Source: Eledone cirrhosa (taxonomy: Eukaryota). From it: DNA of 64,000 nt. Shown one piece after another: positions 45,704 through 59,104 of this stretch. The notes beneath the pieces were generated by a model. That model was not told the origin of the DNA. It made no database searches and worked only from the letters and a program-made list of their open reading frames with translations. Made by a program: the position numbers and the translations under genes. The stretch spans positions 1 through 64,000 of the forward strand of contig CAXHJY010000671.1 of assembly GCA_964016885.1 (NCBI GenBank), read 5' to 3'. Each line of letters opens with the position of its first letter. Positions within the stretch are counted from its first letter, which is position 1.

Positions 45704-46252
45704 GTTACTCCATAAATGAAAAAATTTATGAAATGTGTGATACATTTTTTTAGTTAATTTATATACCTGTTTTTTTTTTTGTTTATAATTATAGGACTTA
45801 AAACCATTAAGACAAGTTTTTTTTTATAGCCCTATGCAATTTCATGGTAGCTTTCGCTTTAATTTGAAAGAACTTTTACTGATGATAACCACACAACGCG
45901 TTTTCTAACGTGCTTACTTATACTTTTTTCCTTCAACAAATGGAATCTTTGCCAAGGTCTTTAAAATGAGATCAGTTTTGAACATGTCTCAGGTCTTTCA
46001 ACTTTGTTGTGCCATGCCTACTGCCAAACAATCAGTCATTGCAGAGAGAAAAGGAAAAGGAATTGAATAAATACCCCCCAAACCCCACCCCTCCAAAAAA
46101 AAGCAAAATGGACTCCACCAACAATAATATAATAAATAAATAAATAAATAAATAGATAAATGAAAGTAATATATTTGTTGCATAATCCATCATGTTACAT
46201 TATTTATTTCTTATATATTGATTCCCTTTATTTATTCATGTTTGTGCATGTG

Positions 46253-46283
<31 letters not shown>

Positions 46284-46371
46284 GTGTGTAAATATATATA
46301 TGTATATATATACATAAATGTATATATATATGAACATATATATATATAAATATATACATTTATATATAAAT

Positions 46372-46405
<34 letters not shown>

Positions 46406-46440
46406 CTAGATAAATATATATGTATATAAATATATATGTA

Positions 46441-46579
<139 letters not shown>

Positions 46580-47007
46580 GTGTATGTGTTATTTATTTAA
46601 TTGTTTGGTCTTTTTGAAGAGAAAATGTATTGGATTCCAAAGGATTCCTGCTGTCAGAGAATCTTGGTATTTTCTTTGTATATGTGTGTGTACATGTGTG
46701 TATATATGTGTCCATGTGTATATGTATGTATACACATACACTCACACAGATAAGCATTCACATTAACACACAGAAACTGATTATATGCGAATAGGCCTAT
46801 ATGTGAGTGTGTCTGTGTATTGTGTGTTTATGTGTGTGAAGGGGGGGGTGTATCTACGTGTGTCATTTTGAAAATAAAAAAAATTAAATTAAATAATCTA
46901 AAATTTACTGTATATATATATATATATACAGAAAAAAGAGAGAAAGAAATAAAAAGGAAAAGAATAAATTTTTCTTCCTAATAATCGTATTTTTCTCCCT
47001 GATATAT

Positions 47008-47100
47008 ATATTGTTATATTTGGGGAGGGTCATATTGTTATAATATTGCCAGAAATATTAACACACTCATTGTTTGGTTGGTTTTCGCGAAAACCACCAG
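47008..47100 (+). mobile_element. family E diverged fragment
   Basis: atattgttatatttggggagggtcat..ttgcca..ttggttggtt matches the family E arm. Confidence 0.5.
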
Positions 47101-47197
47101 AAGGCTGAGCTCAAGCCGTTTCGACGGCTATTTTCTGAGTCCAGAAATAGCCGTCTAAACGGCTTGAGCTCTACCGTCGGGGTCATACTTTTTCCTA
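47101..47197 (-). mobile_element. family A hairpin, copy 4 (tail lost)
   Basis: ggctgagctcaagccgtttcgacggctattt..ccagaaatagccgtctaaacggcttgagctctaccgtcggggtcatac. Confidence 0.75.
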
Positions 47198-47500
47198 TAT
47201 ATACATATATAATAGAAAAAAAATAGAAAATACTAGAATGTACACCCCAGTACCAACATCAATAAACCTGAAAGACCCACACCACACCCTTCGTGGGAAG
47301 AATGTGGGTTTCAGATTAATCCAGGTGTAACCATTTGTAATTATTTCGCAGTTGACTTAATGGTGTGAGAGTGATGTATTACTTACTGACATCCCCACTA
47401 CCACCACCATCACCATAACCACCACCACTACCACCACCACCACCACTTGCCACCGCCACCACCTCTACCTATCTATCTCGTGTTATTATTTTTACACAAG

Positions 47501-47692
47501 GGGCGGTGAATTGGCAATATCGTAGCGGGTCGGACGCCATGCTTTGACGCATAGAGTTACGGCCCTTGCCATTCTGAGTTCAAATCCCGCCGAGGTTAAC
47601 TTTGCCTTTCATCCTTACGGGGTCGATAAAATAAAGTACCAGTAATGCACTGGCAATTGCTGGCCTTGTGCCAAAAGTAGAAACAGTTATTA
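47501..47692 (+). mobile_element. tRNA-derived SINE, full length
   Basis: A-box-like tggcaatatcg, B box gagttcaaatccc, conserved centre and 3' end. Confidence 0.85.
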
Positions 47693-48364
47693 TTTATACA
47701 CACTTTCCTCTACACCCCATACATCTCATTCTACATTTCCTCCTACTTCTCTCTCATCACCACCTGATGTTGTTACCCGGAGATTTACCCATCTGCATTG
47801 TTGAGGCTTCCAAAACGACCAATTTTATTATTCCACAATGCTTCAAGCAAACTTCAACACTCTCATATATATATGTATGTATATATATATATAATAATAA
47901 AATATAGAGAAAAATACTGCAGGTAGCACATGGATAACATGTAATAAAATGAGTCCCTCATCAGTGATTTGCCGACGATCATCGATATTTCATTGCATTA
48001 AAAATCATATACCTCACGTCGGTGCAATAATAACCAAAATAAGTTATTAGGACAATTGAAACGCGTAAAGCGAGTGAGACAGGAGAACAACACAGAGTAT
48101 AGCTAACCGTAGGGGAAAGAAACAAGCTTCAAAATTATTCTGTTTAGCATAAGCTAGGTGAATATATGAGCTTTTAGAAAACAGACCTGACACGAACTCT
48201 GGCCATGTGAGAAGAGAGAAAAATAGCCTTCGTGGTGTACAGGATGAAATGAAGAGAAGAGAAACAGTGAGTGAGTGAAAGTGTGAGGAAGAGTTAACTG
48301 ACATGACAGAGGGGGAGAAACAGAGAGACTGGGGGAGCAGTAAGAGAGAGAGAGAAAAAAACAC

Positions 48365-48394
<30 letters not shown>

Positions 48395-48399
<5 letters not shown>

Positions 48400-48500
48400 A
48401 AAATGGAACGGGAACAGAGCAGAGAGGCAGTACAAACAACGTTTCACTCTCTTGAAAGTGTGGGGGGGGGACGTTTCAGGCATAAGCCCTTCTTCAGGCG
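48395..48500 (-). mobile_element. Penelope-like terminus with minimal hammerhead core
   Basis: Minus strand CTGAAGA-a-gggc-ttat-gcct-GAAACGTC, then a tail ending gttcccgttccatttt similar to 62221-62320. Helix I is broken. Confidence 0.5.
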
Positions 48501-48659
48501 AAAGGGCGGTGGGAAGAGAGTTCCGAGGGTGTGTGGGGGAGTGGTGGAGAGACATTTAGAAAAAAGGAGGGGAAAGGGAGGAAAAACGGTGGAAGTGGTA
48601 CAAATAAAAATAAAAATAAACATGAAGATAAACAAGTGGTGGAAACAAGTATATATATA

Positions 48660-48697
<38 letters not shown>

Positions 48698-48878
48698 CAT
48701 GCATGTATATATATATTATACGTAAACAGATAGTCTACTGAGAATATGATATATTTAATTTTTAAGTCGGTCAGCCAAAACGAGATTGGATTCCACTATA
48801 AATTTGAACAAACGTTAATATCTGTATTTTCCTCAGTTAATATAGAAATATGTAGGTTTATATACATATATATGTGTG

Positions 48879-48910
<32 letters not shown>

Positions 48911-49097
48911 CAATTGCGTGTGGGAAGTAAGCTTTATGTATATATAGTCTAGGCAAAAATGAAATATATAACTATCCAAGTGGATTAAAATCCATCATTC
49001 TGAAACATAGAAAGTCAGACATACTGACACACATTCATGAATGATGTGTAGGTCGGTATGTAGTACATATATGCGTATCATATATGTATATATACAT

Positions 49098-49136
<39 letters not shown>

Positions 49137-49140
49137 GATG

Positions 49141-49191
49141 AGATTCTACAGGACTAGAACTGTTTCATTCTTTAGAAATCATCAGGAATCT
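49141..49191 (-). ncRNA. type I hammerhead ribozyme, family B
   Basis: agattc-CTGATGA-tttc-taaa-gaat-GAA-ACAG-ttctagtc-CTGT-A-gaatct. Helix I shows a compensatory pair change relative to the 54443 copy (gattc/gaatc vs gcttc/gaagc). Confidence 0.8.
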
Positions 49192-49497
49192 GGGTATCAA
49201 AAAATAAATATGGTATTTATAGGTCTCTACAAGTGGTAGGAGAGGGTGGGGAGTGGGATGGGTGTAGGTCATTGGTTGATAGAAAAGGGAATTCATTAAA
49301 AGCTAATTCTACAAAGCTATAGTTTATTTTTATTAATTTTTGTTTTTAGTAACAATATATATAATGTAATCTGAGTTTTTCGAACATTAATAATAATATT
49401 ATTCGGTTGCTTTGCAATTATGCAAATAAGCCTCATTTTTAAAGCCATGTCAGTAGAATGAGCCCCTCATTCTTGCTCTTGCGTTGGCATGTAAACA

Positions 49498-49547
49498 GAA
49501 CTGCAGACATTGATGTTTCTGGGTATTACCCTTCATCAGTACAGTTC
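49498..49547 (-). ncRNA. type I hammerhead ribozyme
   Basis: gaactgta-CTGATGA-a-gggt-aat-accc-a-GAA-AC-atcaat-GT-C-tgcagttc. 8-bp helix I, GUC site, near-palindromic helix III. Confidence 0.8.
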
Positions 49548-49599
49548 ACTGTTCACCTGCCAACAGTCAGAGCTAGTGAATTTTTTATCTTTTTTTTTC

Positions 49600-49638
<39 letters not shown>

Positions 49639-49750
49639 GCACATACATACATAGAAATATACTAGTGTAATTATAAACATATATGATCCGTTTATACACA
49701 TATATATATATAGACGGAATGTAAGCGGATAGCTCGTTAAACTTAATTCT

Positions 49751-49858
<108 letters not shown>

Positions 49859-50041
49859 TATGTGTATTTATATATATATATATATATGCGTGTGTGTCTG
49901 TGTATGTAAATATATATATATAGTTGGTAAATGATATATATGTGTTTGAATGCGTATGTCTACGTATAAATGAGTGTATGGTCGTGTGTGCAGAAGTATG
50001 TATGCATATGTGTGTATAAGTGTCTGTGCAAATAGTATGTG

Positions 50042-50088
<47 letters not shown>

Positions 50089-50674
50089 TAAATAATTATT
50101 GGATTAATTTAACAGAATTAATTCCGCAAAGATCAATATCTTAATGTAATTTAGATATCGATTTTGTTCAATATCGACTCTTATCTCTTATCTTGCTACA
50201 TTTATTTAAGACGTCCAAATATTTCTAACTTGGCAGTTGAGATTGTCTGTCAAGACAATACAATTCAATCTGGATAGAAACTATACACTGTATCCTATCG
50301 TAATAGTATAGAAAATTGAAAATTACTTTTGAACGATAAGGACATAGATTTAGTAGTGAATATATTGTTACATAGAATATATTGTTCGAGGACATCCGTC
50401 CGTAGCGACGATGTGTGTTCCAGTTGTTTGAACATTGGAAAATCCTTTTCGTGAAATTAACAAGCATATGACTGAGTATTCCATAGTTCCAAGCATGCTA
50501 AGATGACTGGAACAAAGTGAAGCAACGCGTCGTCAGGAATCAAACGATCTTTAACTAAATCCCCTAATCTCCAAGCCTCGCTCCTTCACAACTGTGGATA
50601 TCTATTTATGGACATACGTAATGATTAAGGATTTCACGGCCAGTGTCATTTACCATAGTTTCGTGTTGATCAGT

Positions 50675-51320
50675 AACCGCATCTGTATCAGTGAACTGCT
50701 CAATATTATCAAACTTAGGCGGTGGATTGGCAGCGTCGGTAGAGGGTCGGACGCCATGCTTTCCAGCATAGTTACGTCCCTTTACGATCTGAGTTCAAAT
50801 CCCGCCGAGGTTGACTTTGCCTTTCATCCTTACGGGGTCGATAAAATAAAGTACCAGTGATGCACTGGGTAATTGCTGGCCTTGTGCCTAAAGTAGAAAC
50901 AATTATCAAACTTATACCAATTACATCAATTGTCAACTCAAGAGTACTGAAACTATACGGCCATATAAAAAGATCAACTCGTGGTGTGAGTAGGTTATGC
51001 CTGGAAGGAAGGTTGGCTGGTAAGAGAAGCAGAGGCTGGAAACCAAAACAATGACTTGACAATGTCAACTGAACTTGATCTTTGCTCTTTAAAATCTGCT
51101 GCTGGTGATCGAAAGGTATTATATATTGCTGGAAGAAATGTTGGCCGGTAAGATAAGCAAAGGCCGGCAGCCAAAACGATGGCTTGATAATGTCAATTTA
51201 TGGACTGGACTTGATCTTTGTTCTTTAAACTCTGCTGCTGGTGATCGAACTTTGTGGAGAGAGATATCTCATGTTAATGCGCATTCTGCAACTGGCGGAG
51301 TTTAGCGTCTAAAGAAGAAG
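50675..51320 (+). mobile_element. RTE-type LINE 3' fragment, interrupted by a SINE and with a partial tandem duplication
   Basis: ..LKLYGHIKRS..LEGRLAGKRSRG.. is repeated as LEEMLAGKISKGRQPKRWLDNV..DRTLWREI. Ends aaagaagaag. Confidence 0.75.
50718..50901 (+). mobile_element. tRNA-derived SINE, full length with 13-bp TSD
   Basis: TSD attatcaaactta at 50705-50717 and 50902-50914. A box tggcagcgtcgg, B box gagttcaaatccc. Confidence 0.92.
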
Positions 51321-51534
51321 CGTATTGATCTGAAGTGACATAAGTTAAGGTGTTAAATTGGTTAGACCGAAGCTGTTTCGAAAATTGGCGGATGTATACG
51401 ACTACTCATACAACACACACACACCATATATCTATATGTATTTATGTGTGTGTGTTTGTGGGTGGGTGGGTGCATATGTATGTGTATATGTTGCAGGAGA
51501 GTTTTGTGTGTTGTATTACGTATCGAAAAGTGTG

Positions 51535-51619
<85 letters not shown>

Positions 51620-51773
51620 AAAATGAAAATAATAGGCTGCCCGTTGCAAATGGTGGGGCATGTGAAAAAGTAGGTCCTTCATCAGTGACCCTCCAACCGT
51701 CCCAGGCATTTCATCGCTTTAAGGGCCATATGCCTCAGGTTGGTGCGAACAACGGCTAACGACGATATATATA

Positions 51774-52032
51774 TCGTTTCTGAATTTGTTTAGCAAGATT
51801 CTTTATCTGAAATCGTGTGTTGAAACCGATATTGTTATACTTTGGGAGGGTCATGTAACGAAAGGACTATGACTATATATAAACAACTATCTGGTTGTGG
51901 AACCAACCAACCAACCAGAAATTTATAAGTTTGTAGATTTGTAAATTTATAAATGTATAAATATATAATAAATTGAAGTGAAAGCAACTGGTGCGTGTGT
52001 TTCTTATTGGCAACATGACCCTCCCAAAGTAT

Positions 52033-52040
<8 letters not shown>
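51774..52040 (-). mobile_element. family E arm+tail element
   Basis: 28-bp inverted arms 51829-51856 / 52013-52040, one-sided tail 51774-51828, TA flanks. No hammerhead core seen. Confidence 0.7.
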
Positions 52041-52079
<39 letters not shown>

Positions 52080-52183
52080 TATATATGTGTGTGTGTGTAT
52101 GTGTGTGTGTGTCTGTGTGTGTGTGTGTGTGTTTGTGTGTGGTCTTCTCTGTCTTCTCATTGCAAACACACACACACTTTATC

Positions 52184-52236
<53 letters not shown>

Positions 52237-52277
52237 ATCTATATCTATCTATTTCTCCCTCTCTCTCCCTCTCTCTA

Positions 52278-52320
<43 letters not shown>

Positions 52321-52893
52321 CAGCAAGCTTCCCTACATTACACTACACTGCACTGCAATGGACATCATGGAATCAGAGACGCCAATTTTATGGCGCTCCT
52401 CGTTCACATATTTACCTCTTTACTGCCCCAAGTTATCCATGAACGTTTGCATGAATAAATTCCTTCGAATACAAATATCAATATATAAATAATATAAATA
52501 CCATAAAAATATCTAAAAGGATAAAAAAAAAAAGGCTTTATTGTGTGATTGTTTTGTAAATTTTCCAGATAAAATTACTTCCAGAATCTAGGGAAATTCA
52601 AGGGATAAAAACTTTTTGAAAACAAACAGAAATGAATTTCTGTTCTTTAAGATTGGAAAATCCTACGTGATCAACTGCATTTACCATATGATTGATATAA
52701 ACGAATTACTTGTGTTTATTTTATTTCAGCTGCATTGTAGTATTTAAGTTAGAAAGATGTTTATCAAAAACTGTGTTGTAGTGGAACTACTAAGAAACTA
52801 AGCTTATGGAATTGTTAGAATAAGAGCGATAAGGCGAAAAACGATAAGACAATAGAGGCGAAGAAAAAAAGGAAGTACTACAATAGAAGCTCT

Positions 52894-53025
<132 letters not shown>

Positions 53026-53053
53026 GGTGGGTGTTTATCTTTGTGTGTGTATG

Positions 53054-53137
<84 letters not shown>

Positions 53138-53463
53138 AAGCTTAAGTGAAATTAGAAGAGTAAAATAGGCAACGAATATTTATATATATATATTTATATA
53201 TATATAGATATATATAGATATATATATATATATATATACACACACATATTTATATAATATATCTGTGTGTATATGATAGAGTGATAAAGAGGTGGGGCTG
53301 AGAAAGACAGAGCACTCTTCTGTCTCGAACTGGAAAAGTGAAGATAACACTAGATGAAATTATGAATACACACCTTCAATGTCTTTATTATATATCAACA
53401 CACGCACACACACATACAAACACATACACTCACATACACATACACACACAGTCTCATACACAT

Positions 53464-53498
<35 letters not shown>

Positions 53499-53611
53499 CA
53501 TAGATATGTGTGTGTATATATATATGTATACATTTATATATACACTTATATGTATATATGTATATATGTATAATATATAAGATCAAAAGATGGTTAAAGG
53601 AGTTCCATGTA

Positions 53612-53678
53612 TTTTATTATGCGCATTTCAAAAACAAACATCATCATGCAATAATATTTGTGTTTTCATCAGATAAAA
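53612..53678 (-). ncRNA. hammerhead ribozyme, family D (left arm)
   Basis: Reverse complement of 53798-53864. Confidence 0.78.
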
Positions 53679-53797
53679 CAGGAGAACATGATATGAAGGC
53701 TAAAAAAAACACTTGTGGATAGTGCAGTTTTAAATCAACATATCAAAACTGCACTATCCACAAGTGTTTTTTTTAGCCTTCATATCATGTTCTCCTG

Positions 53798-53864
53798 TTT
53801 TATCTGATGAAAACACAAATATTATTGCATGATGATGTTTGTTTTTGAAATGCGCATAATAAAA
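53798..53864 (+). ncRNA. hammerhead ribozyme, family D (right arm)
   Basis: ttttat-CTGATGA-aaacacaaatat..atgtttgttttt-GAA-ATGCGCAT-A-ataaaa. Confidence 0.78.
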
Positions 53865-54085
53865 TACATGGAACTCCTTTAACCATCTTTTGATCTTATA
53901 TATTATGTATACTCCAGTCCTACAAACTGTAGAGTGCTTCTTATCCGATATCTGCATTGCTTTATTGTACTACAATAAAACTCACCTCCTACATTATGTA
54001 TATATGTATATATATATATTTATATTCAATGATATTAATTGAATATCCCGTTTGCCTATATATATTTATATATGTAATATTTATA

Positions 54086-54114
<29 letters not shown>

Positions 54115-54117
<3 letters not shown>

Positions 54118-54310
54118 GGAAAAGCGTCAGAACCCCGACGGCAGAGCTCAAGCCGTTTCGACAGCTATTTCTGGACTGAAATAGCTGTCGAAACGGCTCG
54201 AGCTCTGCCGTCGGGGTTCTGACTCTTTTCCTATTACCCACTCTACTACCCAAAGTATTGAGTACTCTGATACGTTATGGTCCACCTGGTTCTTTACCAC
54301 ACTTCCTTCG

Positions 54311-54312
<2 letters not shown>
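54115..54312 (+). mobile_element. family A hairpin+tail element, copy 5
   Basis: Arms ataggaaaagcgtcagaacccc... / ...ggggttctgactcttttcctat plus a tail as in 5589-5664. Confidence 0.82.
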
Positions 54313-54382
<70 letters not shown>

Positions 54383-54388
54383 GAAGGA

Positions 54389-54437
54389 GCTTCTACAGGA
54401 CTAGTACTGTTTCATTCAGATGAAATCTTCAGGAAGC
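54389..54437 (-). ncRNA. hammerhead ribozyme, family B (left arm)
   Basis: Reverse complement of 54443-54491. Confidence 0.78.
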
Positions 54438-54442
54438 TCAGT

Positions 54443-54491
54443 GCTTCCTGAAGATTTCATCTGAATGAAACAGTACTAGTCCTGTAGAAGC
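54443..54491 (+). ncRNA. hammerhead ribozyme, family B (right arm)
   Basis: gcttc-CTGAAGA-t-ttc-atct-gaa-t-GAA-ACAG-tACTAGTc-CTGT-A-gaagc. Palindromic loop III, GUA site. Confidence 0.8.
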
Positions 54492-54578
54492 TCCTTCTAT
54501 AAAATAAAAAAATTTTACTCTGCCATGTATTGAGTACCTTACTTACTGTGGTTATCCCCGACTCAACCCGGGACCTAC

Positions 54579-54625
<47 letters not shown>

Positions 54626-54634
<9 letters not shown>

Positions 54635-54941
54635 AGGACAAAAGATGGTTAAAAGAGTTCCATGTATTTTATTATGCGCATTTCAAAAACAAATATCATC
54701 ATGCAATAATATTTGTGTTTTCATCAGATAAAACAGGAAGACATGATATGAAGGTTAAAAAACACTTGTGGATAGTGCAGTTTTAAATCAACATTTTTGA
54801 AATGCGCATAATAAAATACATGGAACTCTTTTAACCATCTTTTGTTCTTATATATTATGTATACTCCAGTCCTACAAACTGTAGAGTGCTTCTTATCCGA
54901 TATCTGCATTGCTTTATTATACTACAATAAAACTCACCTCC

Positions 54942-54946
<5 letters not shown>
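54626..54946 (+). mobile_element. family D element, copy 3 (full left arm, shorter right arm); hammerhead on minus strand at 54667-54733
   Basis: The left arm ends at the same gcagttttaaatcaaca point as copy 2. The right arm starts at tttttgaaatgcgcat. Same tail. Confidence 0.85.
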
Positions 54947-54987
<41 letters not shown>

Positions 54988-55407
54988 GTAAATTGCAAGT
55001 ATTTTCACGAACAATACAAGAGTACTCAATAAATATAGTAGAGTGAAATATCTCTATTTCTTAAAAATTGATGGTCAACTCAATCTACTGAAACTTATAT
55101 TTGCAGACTATTTACAAAGTTTGTGGCTGTCGTACTCATCTAATGGACAGCTATAGAAATCCTTCTTCTATTAAGGCTGCTAATGTGTTGCATGCTTGTG
55201 ATCACTGCAAAATATTTTCCACTCTTGTATGGAAATTTTAAGTTATAGAAGTTTTTTATAATTACAATATATCTTTATACATAAATATCTGCAGAGAGGC
55301 GGAGTGGAGGAATAGGGGCGGGTAGGGGGGGGGATGAAGGGTAGAGGGGAGAGGGGAGAGATTCAGAGAGATAGAGAGAAAGAAAGAACGAATGAAAGCA
55401 AGCAAGC

Positions 55408-55475
<68 letters not shown>

Positions 55476-55822
55476 AAAAAAGAAAGAAAAAGAAAGAGAG
55501 AGACATAGAGGGAGAGAGGAAGAAATAGAGAGAGTGAGACAGAAATAGAGAGAGAGAGAGGGAAAAGAGAGAGAGAGAGAAAGGGAGAGAAGCATACACC
55601 CACACACATACACACACACACACACTATATATATATAGAAAGAGAGAGCGAGAAAGAGAGAGAGAGAGAGACAGAGAGAGAGAGAGAAATAAGTAGATAG
55701 ATACGACGTATACATATATATATATATGCGTGTGTGTTTCTGTGTTTATCTATGTGTGTGTGTGCCTGTGTGTTTATGTATGTATGTGTGTGTATGTCAT
55801 GTATGTATGTGTATGTTATGTA

Positions 55823-55912
<90 letters not shown>

Positions 55913-56289
55913 AGTATGTGTATGTATGTAACTGTATGTATTTATATAAAATGGAGAATGTTTTAGTAGTTTGTAAATTCGATGATTTATAGTCGGAGAT
56001 ACGGACAGTGGAGTGGAGCTGAATGGGGGGGGGGGGTACTAGTGAGGAAAGAAGAAGAAGAAGAAGAAGAAGAAGAAGAAGAAAAAGAAGAAGAAGAAGA
56101 AGAAGAAGAAGAAGAAGAAGAAGAAGGACGACGACGACGACGACAACAACGACAAAAACAATAGCAGAAATAACAACAGCAACAATAACAACAACAACAA
56201 TAACAAGAACGACGACAAAAACAACAACGACAGCAATATCAACAACACCCTAACGCTAACCCTAACCCCAACTCAACACAAACAATATT

Positions 56290-57000
56290 ACTAAAGATAC
56301 CGACACCTCCACCATCGCCAACAATAACAACACCAACAACAGCACCAACGATATCACCAACACCACCACTGCCAACAACGCTGAAGATACCACCCTCACC
56401 ACCATCACCACCAACACCCCCCACTGCCAACAACGCTAAATATACCACCATCACCACCATCACCACCACCACCAACACCCCCACTGCCAACGACACTAAA
56501 TATACCACCATCACCACCATCACCACCAACACCCCCCCCCCCCCACTGCCAACAACGCTAAATATACCACCATCACCACCACCACCACCAACACTCCCCA
56601 CTGCCAATAACGCTAAAGATACCACCATCACCACCATCACCACCAACACCCCCACTGCCAACAACGCTAAAGATACCACCATCACCACCATCACCCCCCA
56701 CCCCACCCCACCCCACTGCCAACATCACCACCATCACCACCACCACCACCCCCACTGCCAACAACGCTAAAGATACCACCATCACCACCACCACCACCAA
56801 CACTCCCCACTGCCAATAACGCTAAAGATACCACCATCACCACCACCACCACCAACACCCCCACTGCCAACAACGCTAAAGATACCACCATCACCCCCCC
56901 CCCCCCCACTGCCAACAACGCTAAAGATACCACCATCACCACCATCACCACCACCACCCCCACCCCCCCTGCCAACAACGCTAAAGATACCACCATAACC
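56290..57000. repeat. minisatellite ccactgccaacaacgctaaagataccaccatcacc.., ~12 copies of ~50-65 bp
   Basis: Visible directly. Confidence 0.88.
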
Positions 57001-57290
57001 ACCACAACAACAACACGAACAAGGTAAAGGATTTCCATTCCACGATTCATCTGCTAGGAGAGAGAGGGTGAGAAAGGGAAAGAGAGAGAGGGGGAGGGGA
57101 GGGGAGGGGGCGAAAACAATTTTCTTAAATAATACATAAATTAGAAAAAAAAATAATAATTTTAAAAAAATTGCACAGAGACAAACAAAATCATGGAAGA
57201 AGAAAAAAGAAGAAGAAGAAGAAGAAGAAGAAGAAGAAGAAGAAGAAGAAGAAGAAGAAGAAGAAGAAGAAGAAGAAGAAGAAGAAGAAG

Positions 57291-57352
<62 letters not shown>

Positions 57353-57760
57353 CTACAGCAACAACAGCTACAGCAACAACATCAACAATAGCAACAACAA
57401 CATCAACAACAAATAGGTAAAAATCAAATACAAATATATATAAAAATATATATAATATAAAAGAGGAAAATTGGAGAAACATGAAGAAGAAGACAGTTTC
57501 AGTTATAAAGAAAGATTTTCTGTGAAAATAAAAGTACTTTGTAATAAATTTCTTGGTGTAATAGTGGTGCAGTGGTGGTGGTGGTGGTGGTGGTGGTGGT
57601 GGTGGTGGTGGTGGTGGTGGCGATGGTGGTGGTGGTGTTTGTGGTGGTTTTGTTGAAGGTGATGTCAGGAAAAAAATGGCAGCTAAGTGCGTATAGAAGT
57701 ATAGTAGTTTGGTTTCGAGAAATGATGGAGTGAAATTCATATATATACTTATATATAAAT

Positions 57761-57851
<91 letters not shown>

Positions 57852-57903
57852 AACACAGGGAAATCTGGTGGCAGTATATCTCTATCTATATATATGTTTA
57901 TTT

Positions 57904-57941
<38 letters not shown>

Positions 57942-58607
57942 GCATATACATACATATATGGATAATTATATATCCAACCGCATAGTTATATATCCAACCG
58001 CAAAGAATACATACATACATATACACACACATACACACACACACACATACATACATATATATACATATATATATGTGTATACATATATATATACATATAT
58101 GTATATACATATATGCGTATACATATATATATATACGTACATACATACATTCATACATACATAAAGAAAATGCTAGCGTGAAATAAAGATAGAGATAGAG
58201 AGGTATATAGAGACAGGTGAAGAAGGGCGAGTAGGTTGGAAATATACTTACTTCCTTCAGCAGAGAAAATGCAGTGACTTTGGAACTTTGGCATCATAAA
58301 TCATGCCATGGAAGCAATGGTAGGGGGTGAGGGGCATGGAAGGCGTGTCGGGTGGGTCAATGATGAGAGAAACTCACATACGAAAACTGATACAAGACAA
58401 CGAAAAAACACAGACAAAAAACACAGACAAAAACAACATTTTTGAGTTTCTTACCAATAACTTCGTCTTGGAGTCTAACATGGTTTTGGAAATTTCTTCA
58501 ATTTAGTATGTGTATATATTATACATCTGTATATATATGTCTATGTATCTGTTTGTATGTATGCGTGTATGTATGTATGTATGTATGTATGTATGTATGT
58601 ATGTATG

Positions 58608-58638
<31 letters not shown>

Positions 58639-58733
58639 GTTTGCATATATGTATATATGTTATGTATATGTATACGTATATGTATGTATCTATCTTTCTA
58701 CCTCTCTCTATATATCTATATCTATATATGTAT

Positions 58734-58898
<165 letters not shown>

Positions 58899-58918
58899 TA
58901 TACATATATATATATATA

Positions 58919-59078
58919 TTCAGGTTTGTGGTTCACCATTGTATAGAGCTGGTCTATTCCGTATGGTCAATCGTAATGTAATAATATAGAGAGTACTCAA
59001 CGTAAAGCAGTTCAACCGTCGTAGTATATTAAACCTTTCAAGGATTTACACAAATCCAGCCTCCTGTCATTTCATTAT
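58919..59078 (-). mobile_element. family I element, collapsed copy
   Basis: Tail homologous to 2288-2380. The segment 59035-59072 is the inverted counterpart of 2441-2487. Confidence 0.5.
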
Positions 59079-59104
59079 AATATTATATATATATATATAT
59101 ATAT

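Larger units (their letters stand above)
53571..53995 (+). mobile_element. family D hairpin+tail element (Penelope-like inverted pLTR)
   Basis: 161-bp apparently perfect arms 53571-53731 / 53745-53905 plus a ~90-bp tail. Confidence 0.88.
54376..54580 (+). mobile_element. family B hairpin+tail element
   Basis: Perfect 62-bp arms 54376-54437 / 54443-54504, loop tcagt, tail containing gtattgagtac. Confidence 0.85.

Noticed and set aside
50718-50800. tRNA gene
   Set aside because: A and B boxes are present but there is no cloverleaf; it continues into the SINE body and has a TSD.
51660-51690. CTGATGA on the minus strand (also 47955-47972, and + strand 23862 and 45879)
   Set aside because: No properly placed GAAA, helix III or helix I.
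56248-56269. Interstitial telomeric repeat (CCCTAA)
   Set aside because: Only ~3 imperfect units; compatible with chance in low-complexity sequence.
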